64,000 bases of DNA from Leptolyngbyaceae cyanobacterium (GCA_965263355.1 CBDHHL010000032.1:1088001-1152000); one strand, 5' to 3'; counted from the stretch's first letter, positions 9,735-21,741 are shown. Made by a program: numbers and translations. The notes: a model not told the origin generated them from the letters alone.

Positions 9735-10763
9735 TTCGCCAATTGAGGCGGCCATTGTGCCCACTCATTTCCAGGTGGGTGTGGTGGATGCGTCGTTTGT
9801 GCCCAAAAGTGGGAAAGCCACCTACGGCGTAGACCGTTTCTACAATGGCAAAGCCAGTCGGACTGAACGGGGGTTAGAGATCTCGATGATCGCGGTGGTA
9901 GACGTCGAACAACTCATTGGCTACACCCTATCAGTGCAACAGACCCCGCCGTCACTTGAGCCCGTCGATGAGGTGGACACAGACCGGACGCGAGTTGATG
10001 ACTATCTAGACCACCTGCGGGCCACCCGAGATGCCTTCCCAGTCGCCGTTCGATACTTGGTGGGGGATGGCTTCTACAGCAAGCAAAAGTGGGTGAATGG
10101 GGTGGTTGAGTTGGGTCTAGACACGATTGGTAAGCTCCGCTGCGATGCCAACTTGAAGTATCTCTATGACGGTCCGCAAAAGCCCCGTGGCGCGCGTCGT
10201 AAATATGACGGTAAGGTTGATTTGACTGACCTCACTCGCTGGCAAGCACTCGGTGAGGTCGAACCCGACACCGAACTCTACACAGCGGTGGTCTGGTCCG
10301 TTTGCCTCAAGCGCAAGGTTCGAGTAGTGTATCTGCTCAATCGCAAACATCCCGAACGGTTATGCTATGCCTTGCTATTCTCCACCGATAGTAACCTCGA
10401 CCCCATTCAACTAGTCGAGGCGTACCGGGCGCGCTTCCAAATCGAATTTATTTTTAGAGATGCAAAACAGTTCACCGGTTTAACGGACTGCCAAGCCAGG
10501 GACGAACAGAAACTCGATTGCCATTTCAATGCCTCGCTAACCGCTTTGAATATCGCTAAATGGGAGCAGTATCAGCAGCGAGACCCGTGGGAGCCCTTTG
10601 TCTTTTCCATGGACTCCTACAAACGTCGCAAACTCAATCAGCATCTGATGGACAGGTTTATTCGCAACTTAGACTTAGACGAGACTTTGATTAAATCACA
10701 CCCCAACTATTCAAGCCTTTGTGACTACGGGGTTCTAGTCTCCTAATTCTGTCCGGAGTATTG
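9735..10763 (+). mobile_element. 5'-truncated IS with DDE transposase (IS4/IS701-like)
   Basis: VVDASFVPKSGK, LVGDGFYSK, YRARFQIEFIFRDAKQFTGL motifs; probable right end AATTCTGTCCGGAGTATTG; no left end found, and the ORF-track N-terminus is read through the REP doublet. Confidence 0.85.
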
Positions 10764-10957
10764 TATTATTAGATTTCCCTCAAGCCGATCCCAATTTTCA
10801 GAGAGTAATGGCAGTGTTCGTATCTTAGGCTGGGGATAAGTTTTATAGACATAGATGCAACATTGAAATTAAACAGGCAGTCCAAACGTAAGCATCCTAA
10901 TGGTGACAAGAGTTCTATCTGTTTATCTAATGTTTGCCCAAATTAACAGCCTAAATA

Positions 10958-13900
10958 TCAACTAACCGGAGCCAGACCGTTCCTTAAATATTGTTCTAGC
11001 AATTCTTCAATCTCTTCAGTCATAAATTGGCTAGCCAACTGCAGGACAGTATCAGCAAACGGACGATAAACTGGCTCCTCATCCACTAATGTATTAAGTT
11101 GGTGTCGTAGTGACTTTATATCTGCCGTCTCAGCAGTCTTCAGCAGCGCTTCGAGGATGGCACTCGGTGGTAGGACCAGTTCAGTAATAACAGTGGTGGA
11201 GTTGCTAGTAGATTCGGCTGGGGTTTCATGAATCCAGGTGAGTTGTAGCTGCTGAGCAATCGTTTGGAATAAGAATGGTACATCCACAGGCTTGGCTAAA
11301 AAGTCATCCCCTCCTGCATCGAGTGCCATTTGTTGATCGGTCTGAGACACGGATGCCGACGAAACAATCACTTTAGTGTGTTTGAGGTCTTCACGGTTAC
11401 GCACCTGTTCTAGAAACCGGAACCCATCCATGACGGGCATCGCCAGGTCTGTAATCACCAGATCGGGCTGTTGTGTCTGCAGCAGCTCCAGCCCTGCCTG
11501 ACCGTGCTCAGCTTCGAGAATTTCAAACCCCAGGGGTTCTAGCAAATTCTGAACCACGGCTCGATTTTCCCAGCGGTCATCGATTACCAAGATCTGACAG
11601 CGTTTACCGTCATAGCCAATGATGCGATCGCCACTTTTTAGAGTTGACTGCTGTTTAGCCCAATCGTTTGCTAACGGCAGTTCGGCAATAAAGAAAAACT
11701 CACTACCCTCACCCAGCTGACTCTTAACCTGAATAGTGCCGCCCATCAAATTCACAATCCGCTGACTAATTGCTAAGCCAAGGCCGGTCCCTTCTGATTG
11801 TTTTTCCTGATCACCCACCTGCTCAAAAGCCTGGAAAAGCTTGTCACAGTCTTCTGCAGTAATGCCCACACCAGTATCGATCACCTGAAACAAGAGAGAG
11901 ACTTGGGTGTCAGATATCTCTAAAACATCGATACCAAGGGTTACAGAGCCTTGGTCAGTAAATTTAATGGCATTACCTAACAGGTTAATCAACACTTGTC
12001 GCAATCGCTTCTCATCAGCCAGTACCCCCTCTGGCAGACGAGAACTGGGCTTGTAAAAGAATTCAATGCCTTTCTGATCTGCCTTGATGCGACACATTTC
12101 CACAACGCTGTGAAGTAAAGATGGCAGATGCAGAGCATTGGATGCTAGTTCAAGTTTGCGGGCCTCAATTTTAGCAAGATCTAAAATATCGTTAATCAGC
12201 GTCAACAGATGAGAGCCACATTGATAGATGATATTGATACCCCTAAATTCTTTTTCGGCTAACGACTTTTCACGACCTAAAATTTGGGCATACCCCAGAA
12301 TGCCGTTGAGCGGGGTGCGTAGCTCATGGCTCATGTTGGCCAGAAACTCACTCTTAGCCTGGTTCGCACCGTCCGCTAGCAGTTTGGCAGCTTTGAGTTC
12401 GGTTGTCCGTTCCTCCACTCGCTTTTCCAATTCTTCATTCAACTGGTACAGTTCTGATTGGGCCTGTTCGGCTATTTTTCGGGCTTCGATGGTCGCAACT
12501 ACCTGAGGCAGGGTTGTCCAACTGGCAATGGCGACCCCCACAAAGACGACAATCATCAGCACCATGAAAATTAAGAAGTTACCTTGATTAAGTCCATTAG
12601 AATTCAATAGCGCTCCCAACCACCAACCAATGAGAACGGCTCCACTGAGTAATAGAATCAGAACAATAACCTGAAACAGCAGGGAATCTTTGATCACAGA
12701 CTGTTGACGAGGCTGATACAATTGCTGCCACCAAGCAGTGCGGAAGGGAGCAAAGCGAATCCGGCAAATTGCGGTATTGATGGCAATGACAACAAAGGGA
12801 TATCCTAAACCAATCAAGAGATTTTGCCAGCCCCAAGCAAAACCACCTACGCATAAAACGATAGCTTCCACCACAAAGATTCCGAGGAATAGGTGTGGGA
12901 GTAAGATTTCTGGGTTACTCCGACGCTGCCATAGGATTAGATGCAATATTGTGAACGTTGCCAGCCAACTTGCGTTAGTAGAAACAATAATTTGGTCTAC
13001 AGCTCCCCCAGTGAGAATGAGAAAAGACAACACTAACAGTAAACCCAGAGCAGGTCCGAAAACACCCTGTCGGGAGATTACTGAGAAAATAGGAGCAGCC
13101 AGGCGATCACAGGCAAGTTGATACAAAACCCGAGGAAAGATAGAAACTGCCGTTGCTGTACTTAGTAACAAAGATGCGGTGATCAAGAAAGCAACAAGAA
13201 ACAAGGTGGACTGCCCCCAAAAGGGCTGGGCAGCCGTTACAAAAGTTAGAAAGGCATCATTTTCCAGGTCCACTCCACTTGCGAGGCGAACAATTACCCA
13301 AGAGCTACCAACACAGATCAAAACTGCAATCCATGCCGCCAGGTCTAAAAAACGCAAGGTCTTGATCGGATGCTGGCTGTCTGCTACAAAAGAGGAGGCT
13401 GTCTCAGCAGAGTATGCCGCATAGGTTGCAAAAAAGAACCACTTGGCCCAATCTACAAAGCTCAACGATCCCCAGGTTGAAGAGAAGAAACCAGGACTCT
13501 CGGGTGACAGTGCTAACCAGCCCAACCCTTGTAAGCTAAATGTTAAAAGCAATCCGACCACTGGCAATACAAAAAAGAGGTGCAGGATTGCGAGTGCGCG
13601 AGTGCCACTAAATGCCAACACAAAGGGCAGTAATGTGAAGCCAATTTTTAGGGGCAGTTCAGGACAGGCAAGCCCCATCGTTGTCAAATAGTATTTAACG
13701 ATATCTGTTAATGTGATCGCGCCGATGGCAGGAATTGTTCCCCAACTTAGTAGATACGCGAACGCGACGTAACGAGCGATAAGTGGAGAGTCTTTCAAGA
13801 GATGAGTCAAATAATTGGGTGTTCCTCCTGCTACATCCATCCGATGCATTCCTAGACGTTTGATCTGGTAGTTAGTCAACACCGCTACTAATGTCGCAGG

Positions 13901-14047
13901 AATCCAGACAAAAATGGCTTGAGTCCCCAGGGCAAACTGCATGACAGGAAGCATAAGGAGTATCCCAACCGGCGCTCCTGAAAGACCAAATCCAAACGTT
14001 TCGAGCGGAGTTAGGGTTCTAGGCAGTTGTTTGAAAGAAGTTGCCAT
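10958..14047 (-). CDS. hybrid sensor histidine kinase with N-terminal amino-acid-permease (APC)-like membrane domain and C-terminal receiver
   Basis: About 510 aa multi-TM region ([13 protein letters not shown]...), H-box [23 protein letters not shown]-box [15 protein letters not shown] and GTGLGL boxes, receiver (VIDD...DLAMP...FLAKP). Confidence 0.9.
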   Translation of the reverse strand: MATSFKQLPRTLTPLETFGFGLSGAPVGILLMLPVMQFALGTQAIFVWIPATLVAVLTNYQIKRLGMHRMDVAGGTPNYLTHLLKDSPLIARYVAFAYLLSWGTIPAIGAITLTDIVKYYLTTMGLACPELPLKIGFTLLPFVLAFSGTRALAILHLFFVLPVVGLLLTFSLQGLGWLALSPESPGFFSSTWGSLSFVDWAKWFFFATYAAYSAETASSFVADSQHPIKTLRFLDLAAWIAVLICVGSSWVIVRLASGVDLENDAFLTFVTAAQPFWGQSTLFLVAFLITASLLLSTATAVSIFPRVLYQLACDRLAAPIFSVISRQGVFGPALGLLLVLSFLILTGGAVDQIIVSTNASWLATFTILHLILWQRRSNPEILLPHLFLGIFVVEAIVLCVGGFAWGWQNLLIGLGYPFVVIAINTAICRIRFAPFRTAWWQQLYQPRQQSVIKDSLLFQVIVLILLLSGAVLIGWWLGALLNSNGLNQGNFLIFMVLMIVVFVGVAIASWTTLPQVVATIEARKIAEQAQSELYQLNEELEKRVEERTTELKAAKLLADGANQAKSEFLANMSHELRTPLNGILGYAQILGREKSLAEKEFRGINIIYQCGSHLLTLINDILDLAKIEARKLELASNALHLPSLLHSVVEMCRIKADQKGIEFFYKPSSRLPEGVLADEKRLRQVLINLLGNAIKFTDQGSVTLGIDVLEISDTQVSLLFQVIDTGVGITAEDCDKLFQAFEQVGDQEKQSEGTGLGLAISQRIVNLMGGTIQVKSQLGEGSEFFFIAELPLANDWAKQQSTLKSGDRIIGYDGKRCQILVIDDRWENRAVVQNLLEPLGFEILEAEHGQAGLELLQTQQPDLVITDLAMPVMDGFRFLEQVRNREDLKHTKVIVSSASVSQTDQQMALDAGGDDFLAKPVDVPFLFQTIAQQLQLTWIHETPAESTSNSTTVITELVLPPSAILEALLKTAETADIKSLRHQLNTLVDEEPVYRPFADTVLQLASQFMTEEIEELLEQYLRNGLAPVS

Positions 14048-14306
14048 GACTTAGAACTTTCTGATGAAAGGATGAAGCTATCTTCTGCTTAGATTTCCCA
14101 AAGAAAGATGGGTTTTCACGCGAAGGAAGTAGGTTGTAGTTGACTTTAGGAAACCACAATTGATTCAAAGATAATGAGAAGGTTGCCCACTTTTCGTACT
14201 TCAAATTTCTGTATTTCGAAGTGTCACATTGAGGGATTAAATCTAAAGCTCTTCAGAATATCAGAATTCAGGAGTCAGAATTCAGTGTCTGAATGGCTTC
14301 TAGCTT

Positions 14307-14430
14307 CTCTCAAGAGACAGTCTTCTGCGCGGTTGTTTAGGCGTCAGCTCAAAGCCCAAAGCATGAGCTTTTTGGCGGAGATTGGTGATGACTCGCTGCT
14401 GATACTGCTGTTCATAGGTATCACTAGTCA
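14307..14430 (-). pseudogene. IS110-family transposase C-terminal remnant with element end
   Basis: Minus-strand DTYEQQYQQRVITNLRQKAHALGFELTP resembles the C-terminus of cyanobacterial IS110 transposases, followed by GTCTCTTGAGAG. Confidence 0.6.
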
Positions 14431-14506
14431 AGGGTTCTGTCTTTCTCAAGCTCATTCTAACGACACTGCGAGGCCTAAGAAAGAGGGACAAAACATTACC
14501 GTTGAA

Positions 14507-15526
14507 TTACTCCCCATAAAAAGCCGGATAAACAAACGCAAACGCTGTCGAACTGGGAATCACTGTTCCATCCAACTCCTCAACCACTACCGTCTCCATT
14601 TGCCTATCCCACCGAGCCCGCACTGTGCGCCCTGAAAGTTCTGCCTCCTGGCTATCCTGCTGCTGCACCTCATCATGAACAAATTGCAAACTATCTCCCG
14701 AAAACTTGTTGTGGGGCATCTTGCCATCTGGCTCCCATACATAGCTAATAATTGTCTTTGGATGTAGATCTAACTGATTCTGATTTCGCACAGGAAAAAC
14801 AATGGTCTCATCCGTATAATACGTCCCATAGGGATAGCCTGAATAATTGCGCGTATGGCCAGTACGTATCGACAAAATCTGACTCTCAGGATACTGCTCT
14901 AACCACTGCCCCAAAGTTGTTTTCACGGTAGGCAACATCTCCACATGCTTATTCACATTAGGGCCAACCACTCCAGTCCCCCAAGGTTGAGCATAAAGGG
15001 TGTCATCCGCCCGATCGTACATCACTAAACAGCTTTGGTATAACTTCCCTGATACTCCGAATGTAGTATTCCCTCGATCAAACGCAACAATGGTGTCACA
15101 CAGAGGGCAGTAGCTCACTGCCACATTCACACCACCAATCTCATCATTAACAATCTCATGCCAGTTCAACACATTATACGGATAGGCTTTTGCTTCTCCA
15201 TTAACCACCATACCCACCACAATATCGTCTGGTGCAAAGGGGGTTGTTTCTGCTGTGTCAAACTCCGGTGCATCAATACTGGGAATGCCATCCTTTGGTG
15301 GACCACCGTTCAGCAGTTGTTCCAATTCAATGCGAGTAAACGCTTCAGGGGCGATAGCTTGCTTTTGTAAATCTCCCAACTCACGGTTCTGATCGTGAAA
15401 TACCTGGGTCAAAGCATAGGTTTGTAGCTTTAAGTTAGCCCAGCCACCTGCCTGTACTAATGCTGCCACACCGACTGCTGTCGTTGCTACTAAGGCACCG
15501 ATAGCAACTTTTGCAATCCGTTTCAT
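14507..15526 (-). CDS. DUF3179 domain exported protein
   Basis: GGPPKDGIPSID, AKAYPYNVLNWHEIVND, SYCPLC, FGVSGKLYQSCLVMYDR. Confidence 0.9.
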   Translation of the reverse strand: MKRIAKVAIGALVATTAVGVAALVQAGGWANLKLQTYALTQVFHDQNRELGDLQKQAIAPEAFTRIELEQLLNGGPPKDGIPSIDAPEFDTAETTPFAPDDIVVGMVVNGEAKAYPYNVLNWHEIVNDEIGGVNVAVSYCPLCDTIVAFDRGNTTFGVSGKLYQSCLVMYDRADDTLYAQPWGTGVVGPNVNKHVEMLPTVKTTLGQWLEQYPESQILSIRTGHTRNYSGYPYGTYYTDETIVFPVRNQNQLDLHPKTIISYVWEPDGKMPHNKFSGDSLQFVHDEVQQQDSQEAELSGRTVRARWDRQMETVVVEELDGTVIPSSTAFAFVYPAFYGE

Positions 15527-15606
15527 TCGCCTAAATCCCAGTTATTAGTCAGTTTCTATCTAAGCCTAGGCTGCCTGAGCAGCGTATAAGTCAGCTTAAA
15601 AACATC

Positions 15607-15625
15607 TGAGAAACAGATGAGAAAC
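15607..15625 (-). promoter_or_regulatory. direct repeat at 11-bp period, candidate OmpR/PhoB-family operator for the DUF3179 gene
   Basis: TGAGAAAC-AGA-TGAGAAAC about 80 bp upstream of the start codon. Confidence 0.45.
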
Positions 15626-15977
15626 TTAACACGGGCAACTAACTACTACAATTTTCAGCCCCAGGCAATACAGTCTCAATCACTAAAAACGTGATGCACA
15701 TAACTACCATTGCCGTAAGCGATTTATTCCGTTAAGGTCATTCGCGGTTGAGTCAACGTCATAAACCATTACCTAGATCAACGTAACTTCTTATATCTAG
15801 CGTTCTAAAACCGCTCACAGTCATTTGCAGGATCGCATTATGCTCGTTTCAATCCAAAATGTTATGAAACGCAAACTCTTTAAATTTTGTACAAATATAT
15901 GCAAAGTTACAGCAATTTTTGGGAAGGGTGGGCATCGTAAGGTCAGTGAATGATGTATCGAGATGATACGACGACCT

Positions 15978-16241
15978 ATGAAAAATTCCTTTAACATTTC
16001 CAAATCTAGCTGTGGCTTTCAATGTGCCCTTTGTCAGGACACACTTTTACGACACATTAGCCAAAGCAAAGTATTTTGGTATTGCCCCAGTTGCCGCCAA
16101 GAGATGGTGTGCGAAGGTCAAAACAAGTCGGTTAAGCCAGTTATAGCCACCCATGTTGGCCAACGAAGCCCAAATCAAAAATCTATTAAGGTAGCAGCTG
16201 ACTACAGTCAGCAAGTAAGTATTCGAGCGAGCGAGGCTTGA
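15978..16241 (+). CDS. small zinc-ribbon protein
   Basis: CALCQDTLLRHISQSKVFWYCPSCRQEM (two CxxC pairs). Confidence 0.7.
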   Translation: MKNSFNISKSSCGFQCALCQDTLLRHISQSKVFWYCPSCRQEMVCEGQNKSVKPVIATHVGQRSPNQKSIKVAADYSQQVSIRASEA

Positions 16242-16278
16242 TCACAGGTGTTGATTGTAATCAACACCTGTGATCAAG
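16237..16278. terminator. perfect 20-bp inverted repeat between convergent genes
   Basis: CTTGATCACAGGTGTTGATT-GT-AATCAACACCTGTGATCAAG. Confidence 0.6.
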
Positions 16279-16284
16279 GTTTAC

Positions 16285-17778
16285 TTAATTGCTTGCCAAA
16301 ACCCACTGAACCAGTGTTCGCACACCATACCCTGTTGCGCCAGGGTTGTTGTAAGCATTATCTTTTTCACTCCACACGGGGCCAGCAATATCCATATGGG
16401 CCCAAGCTGTATCTTTTACAAATTGCTTCAAGAATAAAGCAGCTGTAATAGACCCACCCGGACGAGGCCCTGTATTTTTCATATCCGCCACAATCGACTT
16501 CAGCCCATCAAAGTATTTTTCCTCCATAGGCATACGCCATAGTTTTTCACCGGCTTCGTCTGCCGCTTTAGCCAACGCTCCGGCTAAGTCATCATTAGGG
16601 CTAAATAGACCAGCAACATCATTACCTAAGGCCACAATACAAGCACCAGTTAATGTAGCCAAATCCACCATGGCATCTACCCCTAGCTTATCGGCATAAA
16701 CTAACGCATCGGCTAAGGTCAAACGACCTTCTGCATCCGTGTTATTAACCTCGATAGTTTTGCCATTAGACGCTGTCAAAATATCCCCTGGATGCATGGC
16801 ATGGCCACTGATCATATTTTCAGTGGCGGCACTAATAAAATGAACTTCCACTTCGGGCTTAATTTGGGCAATGGCTTTAGCTGCTCCAAGCACAGCCGCT
16901 GCCCCGCCCATGTCCATTTTCATCAGCTCAATCATGCTGCCAGCACCGGCTTTGATATTGAGGCCACCAGAATCGAAGGTCAGACCTTTGCCAATTAAGG
17001 CTAATTTACGTTTAGGTGTACCCTCGGGGGTGTAAGTCAGGTGGATAAATTTTGGGGGTATATCTGATGCCATGGCCACACCAAGATAGGCTCCCATGCC
17101 CAGATCTTCACACTCAGCCTGCTCTAATACCTTTAGCGTCAGGCTATAGTCATGGGCTATGTTTGCTGCCGTCTGTGCCAAGGTAACTGGGGTAACCACA
17201 TTCGGTGGAGCTGCCACTAGCTCACGGGCTAAGATGACGCCGTCACAAATATGGGATGCGGTTTCTAAGGCAGCGTCGTAACCTGACAAATCTAGCAGCG
17301 CAACATCGCTAAGCATGACCTTGGGCGATTCAGGTTCCGACTTAAATCGATTATCTTCATGCATGGCTAAGGTAACTCCCTCAGCCATGGTTTGAGTCGT
17401 TCGCTCCGGACTGTTGTTCCAAATGGGGAAACTAATACCAAGGGATGCACACTTTTCGCGCTTAGCTAACTTAGCGGCAGCGGCGGCAGCACGACGTAAA
17501 CTTTCTAGATTAAGTTCTTCCGAAGCGCCTAAACCAACGATGGCTAACTTACGCACTTCACCACCGACTCGGATCACAGCAGAACTACCAGCCTTTGCTT
17601 TAAAGTCTGTTTCGTCAATTAGTTCTTGAAGCAGCCCAGATACTCTCTCATTTAAATCAGACAGCAGCCCAGTCAGGGGCAGCGACTCTTCAGATAAACC
17701 AACGACAAGGCAATCGCCTGACCACTTTAAACAAGACTTATCTGATGCTACAAACTTCATTCCCATCTCAGTGCTCAT
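16285..17778 (-). CDS. pepA: leucyl aminopeptidase (M17)
   Basis: [32 protein letters not shown] motifs. Confidence 0.96.
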   Translation of the reverse strand: MSTEMGMKFVASDKSCLKWSGDCLVVGLSEESLPLTGLLSDLNERVSGLLQELIDETDFKAKAGSSAVIRVGGEVRKLAIVGLGASEELNLESLRRAAAAAAKLAKREKCASLGISFPIWNNSPERTTQTMAEGVTLAMHEDNRFKSEPESPKVMLSDVALLDLSGYDAALETASHICDGVILARELVAAPPNVVTPVTLAQTAANIAHDYSLTLKVLEQAECEDLGMGAYLGVAMASDIPPKFIHLTYTPEGTPKRKLALIGKGLTFDSGGLNIKAGAGSMIELMKMDMGGAAAVLGAAKAIAQIKPEVEVHFISAATENMISGHAMHPGDILTASNGKTIEVNNTDAEGRLTLADALVYADKLGVDAMVDLATLTGACIVALGNDVAGLFSPNDDLAGALAKAADEAGEKLWRMPMEEKYFDGLKSIVADMKNTGPRPGGSITAALFLKQFVKDTAWAHMDIAGPVWSEKDNAYNNPGATGYGVRTLVQWVLASN

Positions 17779-18046
17779 TCCCGTCTTAGTATCTAATGAT
17801 TTCGGCGTGTTTATTGACTGAATATCATATACGGCTCTCTATCATGTTTATAGTTTTTAGATAGAAATTGCGAATCCACGTTTGTTCGCTTTGACAGCAC
17901 GGTAGCGCATGATTGGACTTTGTAAACAACATCTAGTAAAACGGTCTCCAATTTGCAAGCTTTAGCGTCCTTTACTGAAAACCTACGATGCTGGATCCAG
18001 ACGCGCGTTATATCGTTTTCTTTACCACTAATTTAGCTAAGCCACC

Positions 18047-20227
18047 ATGGGAAAACGTCTTATAAATATAGGCAAAGAGCGATTACCACTGCTGCTACTG
18101 GGGGGAGTCAGTCTGGCGAGTTTAGCTCTAATTATTTTTTTTAGTCAGGCGACTAAACAGTTACTCCCTACTCAGCAAACGGCAGAGTTCACTCAGCAGC
18201 CTGTGGAGACCTCTAAGGCGTTTCAACTGGCGTTACAGCCACCGGAAGTAAGACGCAGCATGTTGCAACAGCTGATTGCTACGGGGGCAGATAGTGATGC
18301 CTACCTGGCTAGCTACCTGTTAGCAGTAGATTTATTAAATCAGGGTCAGGCCGTTGAGGCTTTATCTACATTGGCGGAGTTAGGAAACAGCAATCAGCCG
18401 ACTGTCCTGACTCCCTATGTGCTACTAAAACGAGGTCAGGCACAACTGCTAACTGGGGAATCGCCAACCAGTTGGAATGAGCTACTGACTAGTTATGACA
18501 CCCATAGCGCTACCGCTGAAGCCCGTTATGAGCTGGGTAAACAGGATCCAAACCAGTGGGACGCTCTGTTGGTAAAGCACCCTAGCCACCCAAAAGCGGT
18601 AGAAGTTGCACTCCAACAGTTGAAGACGGGCACGTCAAAGGAAAAATTGTTGCTCGTAGCAACCCATGGTCTTTATCGCGAGGAATATGAGGCTAGCCTT
18701 GACCGTCTGACCAAGGAATACGGTCAGGAACTGACACCTGAACAGTGGGAGACCATTGGGTTTGGTTACTGGGAAAATCTTCGTTATGAGCAGGCATCTG
18801 AGGCCTATGCTCAAGCGCCTGCCTCGCCCACAAGTTTGTACCGAACGGCTCGGGGGGCTCAGATTGCGAAGAAAAGGTTGGTTGCGATCGCAGCCTACCA
18901 AAAGCTGTCCCAAACCTACCCTAACGCGCCTGAAACTGGCCTTGGTCTGATCAAACTGGCGGACTCCCTACCAGACAAAGCGGCCCTCGCTCCTCTGGAT
19001 CAAGTCATCAAAACCTTTCCAGATCGAGCAGGAGAAGCTCTACTCAAAAAAGCCAGTATCTTAGAGCAGCTCAACAGCGCCTCATCGGCTAAAAATGCCC
19101 GCACCTCCGTCCTCAGCCAGTACAGTAACTCTGAAGCCGCTGCCGAACTGCGTCTCAGCCGAGCCTATAAGGCAGCTAAAGCCAATGACTTGTCCACTGC
19201 CCGTCAACTAGCAGAAGACTTGATTCAGGCTAATCCCCAAAGCGAACTGGCTGCCGAAGCTAGCTTTTGGTCAGGGAAATGGGCTCATGCGTTGGGGCAG
19301 GATGCCCGTCAAGCCTATGAACGCACCCTGGCCCAATATCCCGAATCTTACTTTGCCTGGCGCTCAGCCATTATGCTGGGGTGGGATGTAGGGGACTTTA
19401 GCAGCGTACGCTATCTAGCGCCTGAGGTTAGATTGCCTCGACAGAGAGAAGTACTGCCAGCTGGCTCCGAAACGTTGCAACTACTCTACCGACTGGGTCA
19501 AGACGCCGATGCTTGGAGTCTCTGGCAAACCGAATTTAAAAATATTCAAGCCCCAACGGTGGCTGAACAGTTCACCGATGGCGTCATGCGGGTGGGTGTC
19601 GGCGACAATCTTGACGGCATTTTTATGCTCACCAGCCTGGCCTGGCGTGATGATGAAACCGAGCAGGCCGAATATCAGCAACTCAAAACCACCTTTAATT
19701 ATTGGCAAGCAGTCTATCCATTTCCATTTTCCAACCTGATTCAAACCTGGTCACAGCAGCGTCAGCTTAATCCGTTGCTGGTTACTGCTCTCATGCGTCA
19801 AGAATCACGCTTTGAACCTAAAATCCGCTCGGTCGCTGGAGCCATTGGTCTTATGCAAGTGATCCCCAGCACTGCTGACTGGATCGTCAGCCAAATCGGC
19901 GAAAGTAGTAACGACCTAGACACCAAGCTGGAAACTCCGAGTGAAAATATAAAACTGGGCACTTGGTATTTGGACTATACCCACCGAGAATATAACGATA
20001 ACTCTATGTTTGCCGTCGCTAGTTATAATGCGGGTCCTGGTGCTGTCGCTGACTGGATTGCCAAAGGATATAACGACCCAGATGTCTTTGTTGAGAATAT
20101 TCCATATGCTGAAACCAAGGGCTATGTAGAAGCTGTCTTTGGCGGTTACTGGAATTATCTCAGGCTTTACAACCCCACTATTAGTCGCCAAATGGCCCAA
20201 CATTCTGCCCAGTCAGCAAATCCATAA
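18047..20227 (+). CDS. soluble lytic murein transglycosylase with TPR-like repeats
   Basis: ALMRQESRFEP, SVAGAIGLMQVIPSTA, ASYNAGPG, IPYAETKGYV. Confidence 0.92.
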   Translation: MGKRLINIGKERLPLLLLGGVSLASLALIIFFSQATKQLLPTQQTAEFTQQPVETSKAFQLALQPPEVRRSMLQQLIATGADSDAYLASYLLAVDLLNQGQAVEALSTLAELGNSNQPTVLTPYVLLKRGQAQLLTGESPTSWNELLTSYDTHSATAEARYELGKQDPNQWDALLVKHPSHPKAVEVALQQLKTGTSKEKLLLVATHGLYREEYEASLDRLTKEYGQELTPEQWETIGFGYWENLRYEQASEAYAQAPASPTSLYRTARGAQIAKKRLVAIAAYQKLSQTYPNAPETGLGLIKLADSLPDKAALAPLDQVIKTFPDRAGEALLKKASILEQLNSASSAKNARTSVLSQYSNSEAAAELRLSRAYKAAKANDLSTARQLAEDLIQANPQSELAAEASFWSGKWAHALGQDARQAYERTLAQYPESYFAWRSAIMLGWDVGDFSSVRYLAPEVRLPRQREVLPAGSETLQLLYRLGQDADAWSLWQTEFKNIQAPTVAEQFTDGVMRVGVGDNLDGIFMLTSLAWRDDETEQAEYQQLKTTFNYWQAVYPFPFSNLIQTWSQQRQLNPLLVTALMRQESRFEPKIRSVAGAIGLMQVIPSTADWIVSQIGESSNDLDTKLETPSENIKLGTWYLDYTHREYNDNSMFAVASYNAGPGAVADWIAKGYNDPDVFVENIPYAETKGYVEAVFGGYWNYLRLYNPTISRQMAQHSAQSANP

Positions 20228-20346
20228 TCCATCACACATTCGTATTGACAGCCCTATGCTATTCGAACGGTTGACCCTACAATAGTTCAGATAAATAAGG
20301 CAAACATCAAAACCGTCAATCATCGTTTATCACAAAGCAGAGTAAC

Positions 20347-21645
20347 GTGACTAGCTATAGCACCGTTCAAAAGCAACAACTGAGTCAACTAGGCGCTTAC
20401 CTGCAAGAAAAGCGCCATGAACAGGGAAAGTCTTTGGAAGATATCTCCTTGCAAACCTATATTCGTGCTCAGTTGTTAAAATCCTTAGAAACTGGTGATA
20501 CATCTGATTTACCACAGCCAATCTTTGTGCAGGGCTTTATTCGTCGTTATGCGGATGCTTTGGGGTTAGACGGAACAAACTTTGCTAAGCAGTTTCCAGT
20601 CCACTCTATTCCCAATACGCCCCGTCCCGGACCACGGCCAGCCACTCCGATAGACACGCCTTACCAGACGGCTTCCCAAAATCCACCAGTGCAGCCAAAC
20701 CAGCCACCACAGCTAGATTTAGGAGCCTTATCTCGTCAAAATAAACCTAACCTGCATCCGGCTATAGAAAGCGTTAGCGCAATCGATACATCTGCGGCTG
20801 AAACAGCTGTTCCCCAGCCTCCTGCAGCTGAAGCAACAGTAGCCAAAACTCCAGTATCTAAAAAAACGGCAGTTGAAACAACAGATACCAATTCGGCTAA
20901 GGCATTTACATTAGACCCAAATCCTATGAGTGAGAGCGAATTAGCCACACTAGGATTAAATAAATTGGGCGATGGTATCGGTAACCAGAGTCCTAACGCT
21001 TATCAAAGTGCTCCTTTTGCCAAGGAAGCACAATCAGAGACGCAGCCAGAATCTGCCCTATCTTTACCTGAACCCTCAGCGTCAGCAGGTCCGGCCCCCG
21101 TTGAACCAGCGACACCGATTAGTGCGAGCCTATCAACCAGTTCCACCACTTCAAACTTAACGTGGCTACCCTGGGGCATTGGTGTGGCTGTACTTGTGGG
21201 TGCGATCGCACTAATCGGCCCAAGAATTATCGGTGGTGGTTCTAACCAACCCACCGAAACCATAGAATCTACAGCTCCTCAAACAGACGACGTCACCCCA
21301 GCGGAAACACCCCAAGCAGAAGCCCCGGCTCCTGAACCGGCACTGGCCCCTGCATCCGAATCCGAGCCTGAACCAGCTGTTAGTGATGCACCAGTGAGTC
21401 TCCAGGTAGAAATCACTGAAGCAGGCCCATCCTGGGTCAGCATTAATGTGGATGGAGTGCCTGTGTTCGAAGGATTAATGGATCCGGGTACCACTGAAAT
21501 TTGGGAAGGTCAGACATCCATCACCATGAACGTGGGTAATGCAGGAGCTGCCCTTATTTCAGCCAATGGCAGTGACCCTGTCCCCGCAGGTAACCCTGGT
21601 GGCGCGGAGGTTCTAACGTTTACCACTGAAGGAATAGCACAATAA
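20347..21645 (+). CDS. rodZ: RodZ-like cell shape protein (HTH, linker, TM, DUF4115)
   Basis: LGAYLQEKR...LPQPIFVQGFIRRYADALGLD; TM at ~275-292; C-terminal SWVSINVDG...MNVGNAGA. Confidence 0.8.
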   Translation: MTSYSTVQKQQLSQLGAYLQEKRHEQGKSLEDISLQTYIRAQLLKSLETGDTSDLPQPIFVQGFIRRYADALGLDGTNFAKQFPVHSIPNTPRPGPRPATPIDTPYQTASQNPPVQPNQPPQLDLGALSRQNKPNLHPAIESVSAIDTSAAETAVPQPPAAEATVAKTPVSKKTAVETTDTNSAKAFTLDPNPMSESELATLGLNKLGDGIGNQSPNAYQSAPFAKEAQSETQPESALSLPEPSASAGPAPVEPATPISASLSTSSTTSNLTWLPWGIGVAVLVGAIALIGPRIIGGGSNQPTETIESTAPQTDDVTPAETPQAEAPAPEPALAPASESEPEPAVSDAPVSLQVEITEAGPSWVSINVDGVPVFEGLMDPGTTEIWEGQTSITMNVGNAGAALISANGSDPVPAGNPGGAEVLTFTTEGIAQ

Positions 21646-21741
21646 CCTTTCCATTAAACGAATGGATTGGCGCAGCCACACTTCAAACACAGCGATACAA
21701 TACAAAATATATCTGACACAAAATATTTGGCACTGCAGCCC

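Noticed and set aside
14174..14635. 153-aa plus-strand ORF and the many other short ORFs overlapping confident genes
   Set aside because: They are antisense or off-frame shadows spanning repeats or established genes, with no protein motifs.
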